From a virus, in IMG/VR virus record IMGVR_UViG_3300027733_000033: a stretch of DNA of 64,000 nucleotides; one strand, 5' to 3'. This document shows positions 48,683 to 58,746 of this stretch, piece by piece (positions within the stretch are counted from its first letter, which is position 1; each line of letters starts with the position of its first letter). The notes below the pieces were generated by a model. The model was not told the DNA's origin and did not search any database. It worked only from the letters and a program-made list of their open reading frames with translations. Position numbers and translations under genes: made by a program.

Positions 48683-50398
48683 TTATTTATTGTGGATAAT
48701 CACAGAAAAATCATTTTGTTTTTCTACTTGTATAACATCGTCAAACATATCTTTGACGTGTTCATCGTGAGATATAATAAATACACTAATCCCTATTTGC
48801 GATTTCAACACACCTATTAATGAAGTAGAACCTTCTCCATCTAAAGAACCAGAAAATATCTCATCTAATATTAAAAGATTCGTATTAGCAGAATTCTTAA
48901 GTTTAGCAATTTCTCTCCAAGCAAATAAAAGCGCTAAATCAATTCTAGATTTTTCACCCTCAGAAAAATTATCATATGTCATTGTATCTCTATATCTTGA
49001 TTTGATAACCTCGTTAAATTGCTCATCTAAGTTAAAGTCACAATAGAAATCCATAACAGCAAGATATTTGTTAATTAAGGTATTCATCAGTGGTAAATAC
49101 TCACGAATGATAGCCGTTTTAATACCGCCGTCTTTCAGCAATAATACCCCTACATCTTCAACACCCTTTTGCTCAACCAATATCTTTTTGCGGTTTATTA
49201 GCCTAATAGCTTCTTCAACCAAATCTTTAAGTGTATTTTTCTCAGCTTCGATATTTTGAGTCGAGTTAACAGATTCCAATAAAGATTGGTTGAGTTTTGT
49301 TATCCTGGACTCAATCACATTTATTTCAGATTGTAAACCTCTAACATCATTTCTAGCTGTAACAATATCTTTCTCAGTTTCGATTATCCCAGCTAACCTT
49401 TTTTCCTGTTCTTGGTATTCCGTTCCAGACTGAATAAACAAATCATTCATATCCTTTTTACTAGATTCTAAATCGCTTAATACGCCGCCGGAATGTGTAT
49501 GTGGAATATTTTGCTGACAGGAAGGACAGCTTGCGTTTTCATTAAAGAACACAATCGATTTATCTAAGGTATCAATCTCATGCTTAACCTTTCTCATTGT
49601 ATTGTTAAGACTTTTAAGTTTAGCATTAACCGCATCTTTTTCTAAAACTGAAGGAGTTAACCCATCAATTATAGCTTGAGCCGCCGCTATTTTTGCCTGC
49701 CGATTTTCTACTGTAGTTGTATCTTCTTTGATATTCGCTTTAATAGCATCAATTTCAGACTGCTTATTGACTTCTAAATGTGCTATAATTCTTTGCTGCG
49801 ATTCAACCTTATTTTTAGCAATTTTTAATGCCGATTCAATATAGGTCAGTTCTTCTTTAGTTTTAGATAGCCGCTCTTTTAATAGTTGATTCATTATAGA
49901 AAAGATACGAATATCCAGAATATCTTCAATAATCTCTCTACGCTGACTTGAACCCATTTTCATAAACGGTGTAAACGTGGCTGAACCAAGAATAACGACC
50001 TGTGTAAACGTTTTCATATTCATCTTAAGAATCTGTTGCTCTAAAACAACCTGATAATCCTTAACAGCAGAATCTTGATTGATTAGTTCATCATTACGAT
50101 AAATCTCAAAGGTGTTAGGCTTAATGCCACGAACAACTTTATAGTAAGCGCCGCCCTCCTCAAATTCAATCTCAACGACACAATTTTTCTTATTAATACT
50201 ATTAACCAAACCGCCCTTACTGATGTTTCTAAATGGTTTACCGAATAGAGCAAAGGTTAAAGCACAAAGTACAGAACTCTTGCCATTTCCATTACCGCCT
50301 ACGATTAATGTTTGCTTGCCGGTATCTAATCTAATTTCATTAAATTGGTTGCCGGTTGATAAGAAGTTTCTCCATCTTATTGTCTTAAAATTAAGCAT
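48683..50398 (-). CDS. 46: Recombination endonuclease ATPase subunit (T4 gp46, SbcC/Rad50-like)
   Basis: GGNGNGKS, CPSCQQ hook, FSEGEK, ILDE, ISH. Confidence 0.97.
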   Translation of the reverse strand: MLNFKTIRWRNFLSTGNQFNEIRLDTGKQTLIVGGNGNGKSSVLCALTFALFGKPFRNISKGGLVNSINKKNCVVEIEFEEGGAYYKVVRGIKPNTFEIYRNDELINQDSAVKDYQVVLEQQILKMNMKTFTQVVILGSATFTPFMKMGSSQRREIIEDILDIRIFSIMNQLLKERLSKTKEELTYIESALKIAKNKVESQQRIIAHLEVNKQSEIDAIKANIKEDTTTVENRQAKIAAAQAIIDGLTPSVLEKDAVNAKLKSLNNTMRKVKHEIDTLDKSIVFFNENASCPSCQQNIPHTHSGGVLSDLESSKKDMNDLFIQSGTEYQEQEKRLAGIIETEKDIVTARNDVRGLQSEINVIESRITKLNQSLLESVNSTQNIEAEKNTLKDLVEEAIRLINRKKILVEQKGVEDVGVLLLKDGGIKTAIIREYLPLMNTLINKYLAVMDFYCDFNLDEQFNEVIKSRYRDTMTYDNFSEGEKSRIDLALLFAWREIAKLKNSANTNLLILDEIFSGSLDGEGSTSLIGVLKSQIGISVFIISHDEHVKDMFDDVIQVEKQNDFSVIIHNK

Positions 50399-50406
50399 CT
50401 TATCCC

Positions 50407-51462
50407 CTATGTCAACGAAACATTAACAGCTTCTAAAAACAAACTATTCATCAAATTCTTCACGCTTTCTTTATCCATATCTGTATCAACATTATCGATG
50501 TAATCTGATAGTATTTGTTTAGTGTCAGCTAGGTCAATCTTTTCGTCGATATTACCGTTAGAAAACTCAGACATATCCTCGATAATTTTAATGTCATAAC
50601 AGCCGGCGCTATATAGCCGTTTCAAAAAATTATCATATCCAAATAAATCGTTTTTGTTCACGATAATCAATTTGACATATTTCTCGGTTAGAGTTGACAC
50701 GTCAAATTTAGAGTAATCTGTAACCGTATCATCATATTCAAGTTTCTCAAATATGGTATAAGGATTTTGAATAAACTGAGTTTCACCGGTATCAGTATCG
50801 AATATCCAAAAACCTTTAGGGTCATTGAAGTCAGACCATGTAGTATCATATGGAGTTCCGGTATAAAGGATATTCCCTTTTACTGATTTTGTATGATAGT
50901 GCCCTGATACAACCAATTTATACCTACCATACATATCAACAGGATACCCGTCGTGAGCATCAACTCCTTTATACATTTGAAAGCCGGTAAACCCAAAATG
51001 TCCTACGCAATAATCAGATTTTGAGTTAGATACAAAGGAAGCAACTTCAGCCTTATTATCGTTACACACCCATGGGATAAAATCAATTTTTAAGCCGGCA
51101 AATTCTACTGCTGTTGGTTCATCAAAAATATACACATTTGAATACTCATTAAGCAATAGTGCTGTTGAGTTAACCTGAAGAGATTCTCTATAATAAATAT
51201 CATGATTTCCTAATAAGGTATAGAAAGTCATATTGTTAGCTTTCATTGGGTCAAATATAACCCGTTTGGCTTCATATAAAGATAACAGGTTTATTGCTTT
51301 TCTGCTATCAAATAAGTCACCAAGTTGGATAATCGTGGTTATATTATGTTCTTTAAGGTAAGGGAAAAACACATTTGAAAAGAATTTTTCAGAATGTTTA
51401 TGGAAGTTTGTAGAGTTATTTCTAACGCCTACGTGAACGTCACCAAGCCAGCATATTTTCAT
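50407..51462 (-). CDS. 47: Recombination endonuclease nuclease subunit (T4 gp47, SbcD/Mre11-like)
   Basis: GDVH, GDLFD, GNHD, GH, SGHYH. Confidence 0.96.
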   Translation of the reverse strand: MKICWLGDVHVGVRNNSTNFHKHSEKFFSNVFFPYLKEHNITTIIQLGDLFDSRKAINLLSLYEAKRVIFDPMKANNMTFYTLLGNHDIYYRESLQVNSTALLLNEYSNVYIFDEPTAVEFAGLKIDFIPWVCNDNKAEVASFVSNSKSDYCVGHFGFTGFQMYKGVDAHDGYPVDMYGRYKLVVSGHYHTKSVKGNILYTGTPYDTTWSDFNDPKGFWIFDTDTGETQFIQNPYTIFEKLEYDDTVTDYSKFDVSTLTEKYVKLIIVNKNDLFGYDNFLKRLYSAGCYDIKIIEDMSEFSNGNIDEKIDLADTKQILSDYIDNVDTDMDKESVKNLMNSLFLEAVNVSLT

Positions 51463-51471
51463 AATATCCTT

Positions 51472-52065
51472 TTAGCCAATTAAATTTTCTGGTTCATTAA
51501 TGTCATCGACAACATCAAATAAGTCAATATCTGATTCCATAAATTTAGATAATTCATTAATGTGTTCACGTTTTAATTTTGGTTTTTTCTCATAATATTT
51601 TGAATAATCTGATTTTTGTAAGGAATTCAAATATTCAAGATATTCGTTTACAACTTCTTTATTATCGTGTTCTTGGCTGGAATATTTTTCCACATTAATA
51701 TTTTTTGCCATTTCGCTTCTAGTATAGGCTTGGTCGCGTTCTTTTACGATTGTGGCAAGAAAAGAATAGTAGCAACACTGTGAAAAATACGAAAATGGGT
51801 TTTGTGTTCTTTCAGGGTCAAACGTATCAAAATATCTTATACAGTTTACTATGGCGTCTTGTATCATTTCATCTTTATACGAACGCCCGTAATATAGCGG
51901 TCTTTTAGCAAAATTGGTGGCAATATCAGTTATACATTTTCCAAGGTAATCATTAATCTTTGGTTTAGGTAAACCCTTTTCTTCGGCTTCTTTTAATGCG
52001 GCTTTCCTTTTGACAATTTCTTCATAAAATTTTACATTGTCTACATAATTATTTCTTGCTGTCAT
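51472..52065 (-). CDS. 55: Late-transcription sigma factor (T4 gp55)
   Basis: NYVDN, YLGKCI..IA, DEMIQDA, FDPE...NPFSYF. Confidence 0.93.
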   Translation of the reverse strand: MTARNNYVDNVKFYEEIVKRKAALKEAEEKGLPKPKINDYLGKCITDIATNFAKRPLYYGRSYKDEMIQDAIVNCIRYFDTFDPERTQNPFSYFSQCCYYSFLATIVKERDQAYTRSEMAKNINVEKYSSQEHDNKEVVNEYLEYLNSLQKSDYSKYYEKKPKLKREHINELSKFMESDIDLFDVVDDINEPENLIG

Positions 52066-52568
52066 AATGTTCCTTCACAAATTGTTAAAATATCAGTCAT
52101 AATTCTAGCTTGCGTCGCGTTAATTTTTCTATTTTCAAATATGAATTTCATCATATCTATGGTATCTTCAACATAAGAAGGTTTAGGCGCATCGCTAATA
52201 TTGGATAATCTATCCAACAATTTTAAGGTCAAACCGTAGCTTGACATTCCCACCATTTTATTTTTCAAATAAACAACTTTTCCAACCCGCTTAATTTCTT
52301 TATTGTCAGAAGTCAATTCCTCGACAAGACTGGCAACGAAAGAACCAAACAACGAAGTTATTTCAGATAACGTGGTATCAGTATCTTCAATTGTATCATG
52401 TAGCAAACAAGCTACCTTTAGTTCGTCCATACGTTTTGAAGTTTTATATTTTGGTAATAACCCCGCAACATAAATAGGGTGAGATATATAAGGATTTCCG
52501 GTCACCTTTCTAACTTGCCCAAAATGTTTAGTAGTAGCAAATTCTAAAGCCATTTCAACGATACACAT
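52062..52568 (-). CDS. HD-domain (p)ppGpp hydrolase-like protein (SpoT/Mesh1 type)
   Basis: H.GQ.RK...PYISHP, LLHDTIEDT, LVEELT, KLLDRLSN. Confidence 0.85.
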   Translation of the reverse strand: MCIVEMALEFATTKHFGQVRKVTGNPYISHPIYVAGLLPKYKTSKRMDELKVACLLHDTIEDTDTTLSEITSLFGSFVASLVEELTSDNKEIKRVGKVVYLKNKMVGMSSYGLTLKLLDRLSNISDAPKPSYVEDTIDMMKFIFENRKINATQARIMTDILTICEGTL

Positions 52569-52828
52569 TTTAACCTCCAAATTTTAATTTCACCTAATTA
52601 TACCGTATGCAAATGTAAAAGTAAAGCTTTTTTTAAAATTATTTTTAATAAAAAAGCCAGCTTGTTAGGCTGGCTTTGGTGAGTTAAAACGGCTCGACTA
52701 ATGTTAAACGACAAACATCAATAGTATCTATTGTCAAATCCTCATAAACAATGACAACTTTTACTGATCCTGAACACAATAACGGCTCATCTGAGGATTT
52801 GGCATACGCCTTTTTCCCAATTAAGGTG

Positions 52829-53248
52829 TTAGCCATCGATAGTTTTACCGGCTTGAAGATCTTTTAAAGTTAACCCGTTTGTGAACTGAATATGCGCTAG
52901 TTCTTTAAACTTAACCCAATCACCCGCCCATTCAAATCCTACTTCTTTAGCAATATGACCGGCTTTAGTAAACGCCGCCGTGTCTGCCCATTGAGCCTTA
53001 CCATTAACAATAGGAACAAAGTCCAGCGCTAATCTATAATTATGCCAAGATTGACCAGCTTTAGCATTAGTGACTTTTTTACCCGCTGTGGTTCTACCTT
53101 GTGCATATAAGGCGTTTTGGCTTTCATTATCACGATATGTTGATGTAACCAAAATATCTAATCCATGTTCTTTACACTTTGCTAAAAACTTTTCAGCCAT
53201 TGCTTTAACTTTTGGATGTAAGTCATTAAGGTCTCTGCTATTAATCAT
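52829..53248 (-). CDS. Endolysin, M15 L-Ala-D-Glu peptidase
   Basis: YR...QNALYAQGRT, SWHNYRLALD, WAGDW...ELAHIQ. Confidence 0.9.
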   Translation of the reverse strand: MINSRDLNDLHPKVKAMAEKFLAKCKEHGLDILVTSTYRDNESQNALYAQGRTTAGKKVTNAKAGQSWHNYRLALDFVPIVNGKAQWADTAAFTKAGHIAKEVGFEWAGDWVKFKELAHIQFTNGLTLKDLQAGKTIDG

Positions 53249-53258
53249 AATTTATTTC

Positions 53259-53720
53259 CTATTTTCTAATGTATTTATTATACCCAGCTACCCAATCAGT
53301 AGCAAACATATCTTGGGCGACTTTCAAGTTAAGTGTACCTTTACAAACCGCACTATGTGCCCATGCTTCTAACACATCTTTTTTAGCCGCGTGATTCACA
53401 CCATATCTAGGCTCTGGCCAAAGGTTAGCTGGGTCAGAAGTCGCGCCACCTACCGATAATGGAATAAGATGGTCTTCCTCGTAATGCTTAGGGTCTTTAT
53501 CAACATACCCATATTCTTTAATTTGTTTCAACTTCAGATTATTAGTATAATAAGAAGAAGGTCGAATTGTAGCAGTATAATTAGGAACACAAATAGTTGA
53601 CTTAATATTACCCGTTGTGACGTTTGGATTTAACGCGCCGGCGGTTAATTTAGCGTTTGGTAAACCATCAGCCCAGGCAAGTGACGGCAGCAATAATGCA
53701 ACTAATAATAGTTTTTTCAT
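53259..53720 (-). CDS. Secreted HNH-like protein
   Basis: Signal peptide MKKLLLVALLLPSLAWA; YEEDHLIPLSVGG...NLWPE...KD.LE. Confidence 0.7.
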   Translation of the reverse strand: MKKLLLVALLLPSLAWADGLPNAKLTAGALNPNVTTGNIKSTICVPNYTATIRPSSYYTNNLKLKQIKEYGYVDKDPKHYEEDHLIPLSVGGATSDPANLWPEPRYGVNHAAKKDVLEAWAHSAVCKGTLNLKVAQDMFATDWVAGYNKYIRK

Positions 53721-53971
53721 TTATTTGCGCCTGCTAATAATGTATAAGTTTTGTGCTGAACTGGGATAGTTTTAGCGTTTGACCACGTACTAATACGTTC
53801 TGGTGTTTCTTTTATATCTGCCAATTCTTTAATGATAGTTTGGAGCACTTCAATTTGACGCTCGAGGATTATATTTTGACGTTTTGCATTATCAAATTTA
53901 ACATGCAAATTAGCGACATCATTTTCTAAATCTCTAATTCTTTCGCTTTTATTTTTACCAAACATTCCCAT
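53717..53971 (-). CDS. Hypothetical coiled-coil protein
   Basis: ORF behind a class-1 cassette. Confidence 0.6.
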   Translation of the reverse strand: MGMFGKNKSERIRDLENDVANLHVKFDNAKRQNIILERQIEVLQTIIKELADIKETPERISTWSNAKTIPVQHKTYTLLAGANK

Positions 53972-54068
53972 TATAATTCTCCCAATAATTTAACTTCATT
54001 AAACTCTATTATATCTATTTTTATAAAAAGTAAAGCTTTATTTTTACTAAATATTTTGTACAAAAAAA

Positions 54069-54145
54069 GCCACTCGCGATGTTACCAGCATCCAGTAGCA
54101 CTAATCATTCCAATGACAATTTAAGGTAAAACTATCATGACCAGC
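54069..54145 (+). promoter_or_regulatory. Conserved two-hairpin leader RNA (copy 4)
   Basis: GCCACT-CGC-GATG-ttaccag-CATC-C-AGTAGC; CT-AA-TCAT...ATGA-CC-AG; CTAAATA upstream. Confidence 0.78.
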
Positions 54146-54802
54146 ACAACTATATATACTCCTATCACACCCACCTATCTGTACATCAAACAGCATTCCA
54201 TAACCAAAAAGAAATATTTTGGTAAGACCACTCGAGATCCATACAAATACAATGGTTCTGGTAAGCACTGGTCTAGACACATCAATAAACATGGTAAAGA
54301 ACACATCGTTACTCTTTGGGTTTCTGACTTGTATCACGACACATCAATTGTCGAGGTTGCCTTAAAATTTTCTGCTGATAACGATATCGTCAAATCTAAA
54401 GAATGGGCGAACCAAAAACCAGAAAATGGATTAGATGGCGGAAGTGTGAAACATACAGAAGAAACTAAACTCAAAATGTCTGTTGCACATGAAGGTAAAA
54501 AACACACAGAAAAAACTAAAGCTAAAATGCGTAAGCCTAGATCAGATGAAACCAAAGCCAAAATATCTGCTACTCTAACAGGCAAAAAACGTGGGCCTCA
54601 ATCAGAAGAAACTAAAGACAAAATATCTGCAGCTAACAAAGGTAAACCTAGAAAACCTCAATTAGAAGAATCTAATGCTAAACGATCTGCTACTATGACG
54701 GGTGTCTCTAAACCAGAATTTTTTTCAATAATTGAAAATAGAAAGACTTATGGTAAATCACATCTTTCTAGATATTATCCTGAATTTAAGCAGTACTATT
54801 AG
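54137..54802 (+). CDS. GIY-YIG homing endonuclease with NUMOD3 repeats (paralog of 42325)
   Basis: N-terminal ~100 aa nearly identical to the 42325 protein; HTEETKLKMS repeats. Confidence 0.88.
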   Translation: MTSTTIYTPITPTYLYIKQHSITKKKYFGKTTRDPYKYNGSGKHWSRHINKHGKEHIVTLWVSDLYHDTSIVEVALKFSADNDIVKSKEWANQKPENGLDGGSVKHTEETKLKMSVAHEGKKHTEKTKAKMRKPRSDETKAKISATLTGKKRGPQSEETKDKISAANKGKPRKPQLEESNAKRSATMTGVSKPEFFSIIENRKTYGKSHLSRYYPEFKQYY

Positions 54803-54900
54803 AACGTGATACATTTAATGCACAGAAAATAACTGTTCATGAGTTGTTAACCAAATCCAACTTCCAATCAAAATACCGCTAATTACAGCAATTAAAATAA

Positions 54901-55512
54901 TCATCTTAAATCCTCTTTTATTTGTTCAAGTAATCCAATTAAATGTGGAATATCATTAACAGTATCCGTTGCAATATAAATACCATCTTCTAACCCATAC
55001 AATTTCCAATAATTAGTTTCTTTATAGGTTTGAACAATAGCATATTTTGAAGTCCATGGCATACCATGTTTACACACTACGGTATCTAAACTTTCGTCTC
55101 GTTTCATCACGCTAAGTTTACCGCTGTATGTTTCATCAGACGGCAGTAACACTTCATTAATATGTAGCTTTAACATCGATAAAAATAAATCTAAATGTTT
55201 ATGCTTGACCTTGATAGTTACATCGCTTCTGCGAATAAGAATCTTTTTATTATCTTCAGAAAAACTAATATCAAATGGCTCAAGAATTGCTGTATTTCTA
55301 CGCAATTGCTCTTCTTTGATAAGAACCTTAGTCACTTTAGATATATGATTTATAGCAGGATAAACTGATCGTCTAAGAGTTGACTCATCAACATCAGCAA
55401 GGTTTAATTCAACCGTGAACCCCTCTTGCTCTAAATAATCAGAAATAAAAACAGCAAGACTAGATTTACCCGCGCCTGCTAATCCAGAAACCGCAACATG
55501 TAATTCATTCAT
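54901..55512 (-). CDS. Hypothetical protein with P-loop-like motif
   Basis: VSGLAGAGKSS. Confidence 0.55.
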   Translation of the reverse strand: MNELHVAVSGLAGAGKSSLAVFISDYLEQEGFTVELNLADVDESTLRRSVYPAINHISKVTKVLIKEEQLRRNTAILEPFDISFSEDNKKILIRRSDVTIKVKHKHLDLFLSMLKLHINEVLLPSDETYSGKLSVMKRDESLDTVVCKHGMPWTSKYAIVQTYKETNYWKLYGLEDGIYIATDTVNDIPHLIGLLEQIKEDLR

Positions 55513-55524
55513 AATATACCTATT

Positions 55525-55848
55525 TTAATCACTACTTGAAGATGAACTGCTAGAATCGCATGAACCGCTATCATACGAACTAGATGAACTTGAACTACTG
55601 TCAGAACTATCGTTATAGATAGCAGTGATAGCAGCTACCGCTGAAGGAAAATAATCGTCTTCAGATGAAATTGTAACCGGACGATTTTTTGGGCGTCTAT
55701 AACTATAGACAGGTTCTTCCATTTTAGGCTTACCCTCTAATTTATCAATTTTATCCCGTAACATTTTAATCGTAGAGTTTTGTTCTGATATTAGAGCATG
55801 TAATTCTTCAATTTTTTCTTTATCTTTACTGTTACTGAACCATTTCAT
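55525..55848 (-). CDS. Hypothetical protein with Ser-rich tail
   Basis: Poly-Ser C-terminus; behind a class-1 cassette. Confidence 0.65.
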   Translation of the reverse strand: MKWFSNSKDKEKIEELHALISEQNSTIKMLRDKIDKLEGKPKMEEPVYSYRRPKNRPVTISSEDDYFPSAVAAITAIYNDSSDSSSSSSSSYDSGSCDSSSSSSSSD

Positions 55849-55940
55849 TTCAAACTCCGAATAATTTAATTAAGGTTTAACTTCATTAGACTCTATTATA
55901 CTATGTTTTTAACAAAAGTAAAGCTTTTTTTAAATAAATT

Positions 55941-57215
55941 TTATTTAATGTGGTCAAACATATCAGCTTCGTCACGGTCAATTCGTACTTCAAGGTATCT
56001 AGGTAAGAATAATGAATATGTATCAGAACCCTTAGATTTAATTTTGGTGTTATACTTAACCTCGATAATTTTACCTAAGAAATCACCATTTTTTCTATCG
56101 TCATCATTTAAACCTGAACCAACCGATACCTTTACTTTACCGTCTTCAGACTCACATAATAACGCACCAATTTGACCTTCATATTTAGAACCTACCGAGC
56201 CACCTTGGATAGCAACTACTCTTAATGAAGTAGTTTCTTCACCTTTAAATTTAATTTGAGATTGCGAACGTTTTGGTTCCCAAATAGCTTCCATTGATTT
56301 AAGGATAATGCCCTCAAAACCTTGAGCATAATAATCTTCATAAATTGCTCTGGCTTCATCTAATGAATCAACAACAAAACTAGGGACAACTGATAATTTA
56401 CCAGTTAACCCTAATGTGGTCAAATAGTCAAATCTTTCAACATAAGGCGTTGGGTCTTTTTGTTCAACCCAGTTATTATAAGGAATAATATCCCAAATAG
56501 TCATAGTAATTTTAGCCGCTTCAGCTTCGCCTTTGTTAGCCTTATTTAAAATCCCGTTACCAGTTTGGCGGTCAAGCTCAACACCGTTTTCTGATACTAA
56601 TAACTCACCATCAAATACTACATCAGCGCCTTTAGCCGCTTCAATAAATTCTTTTTCAAGATTACCTAATAGGTCAAAAGTTTTACCATTACGAGAATAA
56701 AAAGTAACCGCGCCGGCGTTAACTACAACATTACATCTAAGACCATCAAGCTTTTTTTGTACGATAGCAGGATAAACCATCTTAGCTAACACTTTATCGT
56801 TCATAGGAGTGCACAACATAGTGTCAAAGGTAGGAATTAAATCTTTCCAGATTTTGTTTACCGTAGGAGTAGAAACGCCACAGTCTAAATCTTTTTTAAT
56901 GATTAGTTCGATAACTTTAGCATCATCAGCTGAAACGTCAGAAAGGATATTAGATAAAAATTCGATAGCTTTGTTGCCGGTAACTTTACGGTCAGCCAAA
57001 TCGTTCATACGTTCTAAGGCTTCAATCAACTCAACGTTTTTACCGTTTGTAGAGTATGCGGGAATTTTGCGTTGGTAATACTGGATATGTGACGCTAACG
57101 CACGAATCATAACAGATTTCAATAATGAGTTATCAACATGCTTTTTAAGGATAGCTTCTTTTTCAAGTCTAGAATTAGTAGATCTTAACTCAGTGATAAC
57201 AGATAATATAGACAT
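55941..57215 (-). CDS. 30: ATP-dependent DNA ligase (T4 gp30)
   Basis: KKLDGLR, SRNGK, FDGEL, EGIILK, KFK, VGSG, SLFLPR. Confidence 0.95.
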   Translation of the reverse strand: MSILSVITELRSTNSRLEKEAILKKHVDNSLLKSVMIRALASHIQYYQRKIPAYSTNGKNVELIEALERMNDLADRKVTGNKAIEFLSNILSDVSADDAKVIELIIKKDLDCGVSTPTVNKIWKDLIPTFDTMLCTPMNDKVLAKMVYPAIVQKKLDGLRCNVVVNAGAVTFYSRNGKTFDLLGNLEKEFIEAAKGADVVFDGELLVSENGVELDRQTGNGILNKANKGEAEAAKITMTIWDIIPYNNWVEQKDPTPYVERFDYLTTLGLTGKLSVVPSFVVDSLDEARAIYEDYYAQGFEGIILKSMEAIWEPKRSQSQIKFKGEETTSLRVVAIQGGSVGSKYEGQIGALLCESEDGKVKVSVGSGLNDDDRKNGDFLGKIIEVKYNTKIKSKGSDTYSLFLPRYLEVRIDRDEADMFDHIK

Positions 57216-57293
57216 TTTTAACTCCAATTTAATTACGGTTTAACTTCATTAAGATCTATTATACTATGATTTTTGTAAAAGTAAAGCTTTATT

Positions 57294-57794
57294 TTAAATT
57301 ATTTTTGCTAATTTTAAAATAGTTTCAGCATTATTTTTAAAGAGAATACCAGTACCGCCGGCGGCTTCCCATGCTGAGATGTTTCTAGGTAAGTCATCAA
57401 TCAATATATCGCTAGGATCCTTAACATATTTTGCCTTTTTAGAACCACCAATTACTGTATTCACTTTGATGTCGTTATCTAGGTTACTTTTAACCCACGC
57501 AATTTTATCAGCCTTTGCTGTTGCTAATTTACCATGCGGCAAAGGTAAGCTTGTTAAAATTTCTAAATTGATTGAACCAGAATTATGTAATCGCAATAGG
57601 TGTGAAAATAGCGTTTTGTAATTAGGCAAAGGCTCTAAATGTAAAAACAAATGGTCAACTTCAGCTAACCTTGCCCATGCATTTTTCATACCTAACTCAG
57701 CGAAAAATTCTTTTGTTGGCATATTAACTAATGATTCAACCGCACCGTCAAAATTAGTCATAACCCCATCTAAATCTAAATATACATTTAGCAT
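57294..57794 (-). CDS. 5'(3')-deoxyribonucleotidase, HAD family
   Basis: YLDLDGV, ILTS, K..W, LIDD...W...GG. Confidence 0.85.
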   Translation of the reverse strand: MLNVYLDLDGVMTNFDGAVESLVNMPTKEFFAELGMKNAWARLAEVDHLFLHLEPLPNYKTLFSHLLRLHNSGSINLEILTSLPLPHGKLATAKADKIAWVKSNLDNDIKVNTVIGGSKKAKYVKDPSDILIDDLPRNISAWEAAGGTGILFKNNAETILKLAKII

Positions 57795-58252
57795 CTAACC
57801 TCCATCAAAGAATCTTTAAAATCACCGGAATAGGTGGCTGAAGCAATTAAAACACATGGCGGAGCAGACACAATATTTTTCCATCTTTTATCTCCGTCCA
57901 ATATAGGCTTACCAAAATAACCGTAAACAAACCCGTTATCATCTGTCGCTATCCAATTAATTGCGCTATGAATTTTAATGGTATGTCCAAAATAATGAAT
58001 TGTTTTAGTAGCAGCAGAAACAAATTCAATAATTTTGAATTTAGGAACTTCTACTAAGTCATTAGCATGATACCCATTATCTATACAATATTCTTTGCCT
58101 TCTATAGTCCAACAACAACTATACCATATTTCAGTTTTTGAATCTTGATACGCGCCTATAACCGGAAAGTACCCGCGAACATCAATTTTATAGATTTCGA
58201 CAGGATCGCCACTTAAAGTTTTGTATTCTTTATCTTTTTGAATTATCATCAC
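57788..58252 (-). CDS. Hypothetical protein
   Basis: YKT..G...PVIGA...W..G...DLVE plus WIATDDNG domain. Confidence 0.6.
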   Translation of the reverse strand: MMIIQKDKEYKTLSGDPVEIYKIDVRGYFPVIGAYQDSKTEIWYSCCWTIEGKEYCIDNGYHANDLVEVPKFKIIEFVSAATKTIHYFGHTIKIHSAINWIATDDNGFVYGYFGKPILDGDKRWKNIVSAPPCVLIASATYSGDFKDSLMEVRC

Positions 58253-58742
58253 TTTCCTTCATTATGTTTTTGATAACATCTGCTAGAGACTCACCATTTT
58301 TAAAGTTATCCCAGTATTTTAAAAACGAAAAAATAGAATCGGAATCAGGGTCTTTAATATAGGCTTCATAAGTAGCGGTTGCTTGCTGGATTTTATGTAG
58401 TTTTTTCTCGGCGGTATATAGCCTTGGATTGATATTATCTTTAATCAAATTAGCAAACATTCTTACTGTAGAATTGCTATGTTTTGTATGATAGTTAAAT
58501 CCCCATTCTGTTATATATCTACAACTTTCCTCAGTTGAATTTACCACATAGTGAACAAATACCCCGTTAACGATAATCAATCCAACATAACCAATTTCAT
58601 CGTCTTGCTCAATTAAATAAAAGCTGCTCGATTCATCATCAGTAATGACCGTATCGCCTAACCTATAAGTGTTCATATTACAGGTTAGCTGTTTTGTTTG
58701 AATTTCTATGTCATAAATATAAAATGAATCAAAACAGCTCAT
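58230..58742 (-). CDS. Hypothetical protein
   Basis: ORF in operon. Confidence 0.6.
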   Translation of the reverse strand: MSCFDSFYIYDIEIQTKQLTCNMNTYRLGDTVITDDESSSFYLIEQDDEIGYVGLIIVNGVFVHYVVNSTEESCRYITEWGFNYHTKHSNSTVRMFANLIKDNINPRLYTAEKKLHKIQQATATYEAYIKDPDSDSIFSFLKYWDNFKNGESLADVIKNIMKESDDNSKR

Positions 58743-58746
58743 ACCC

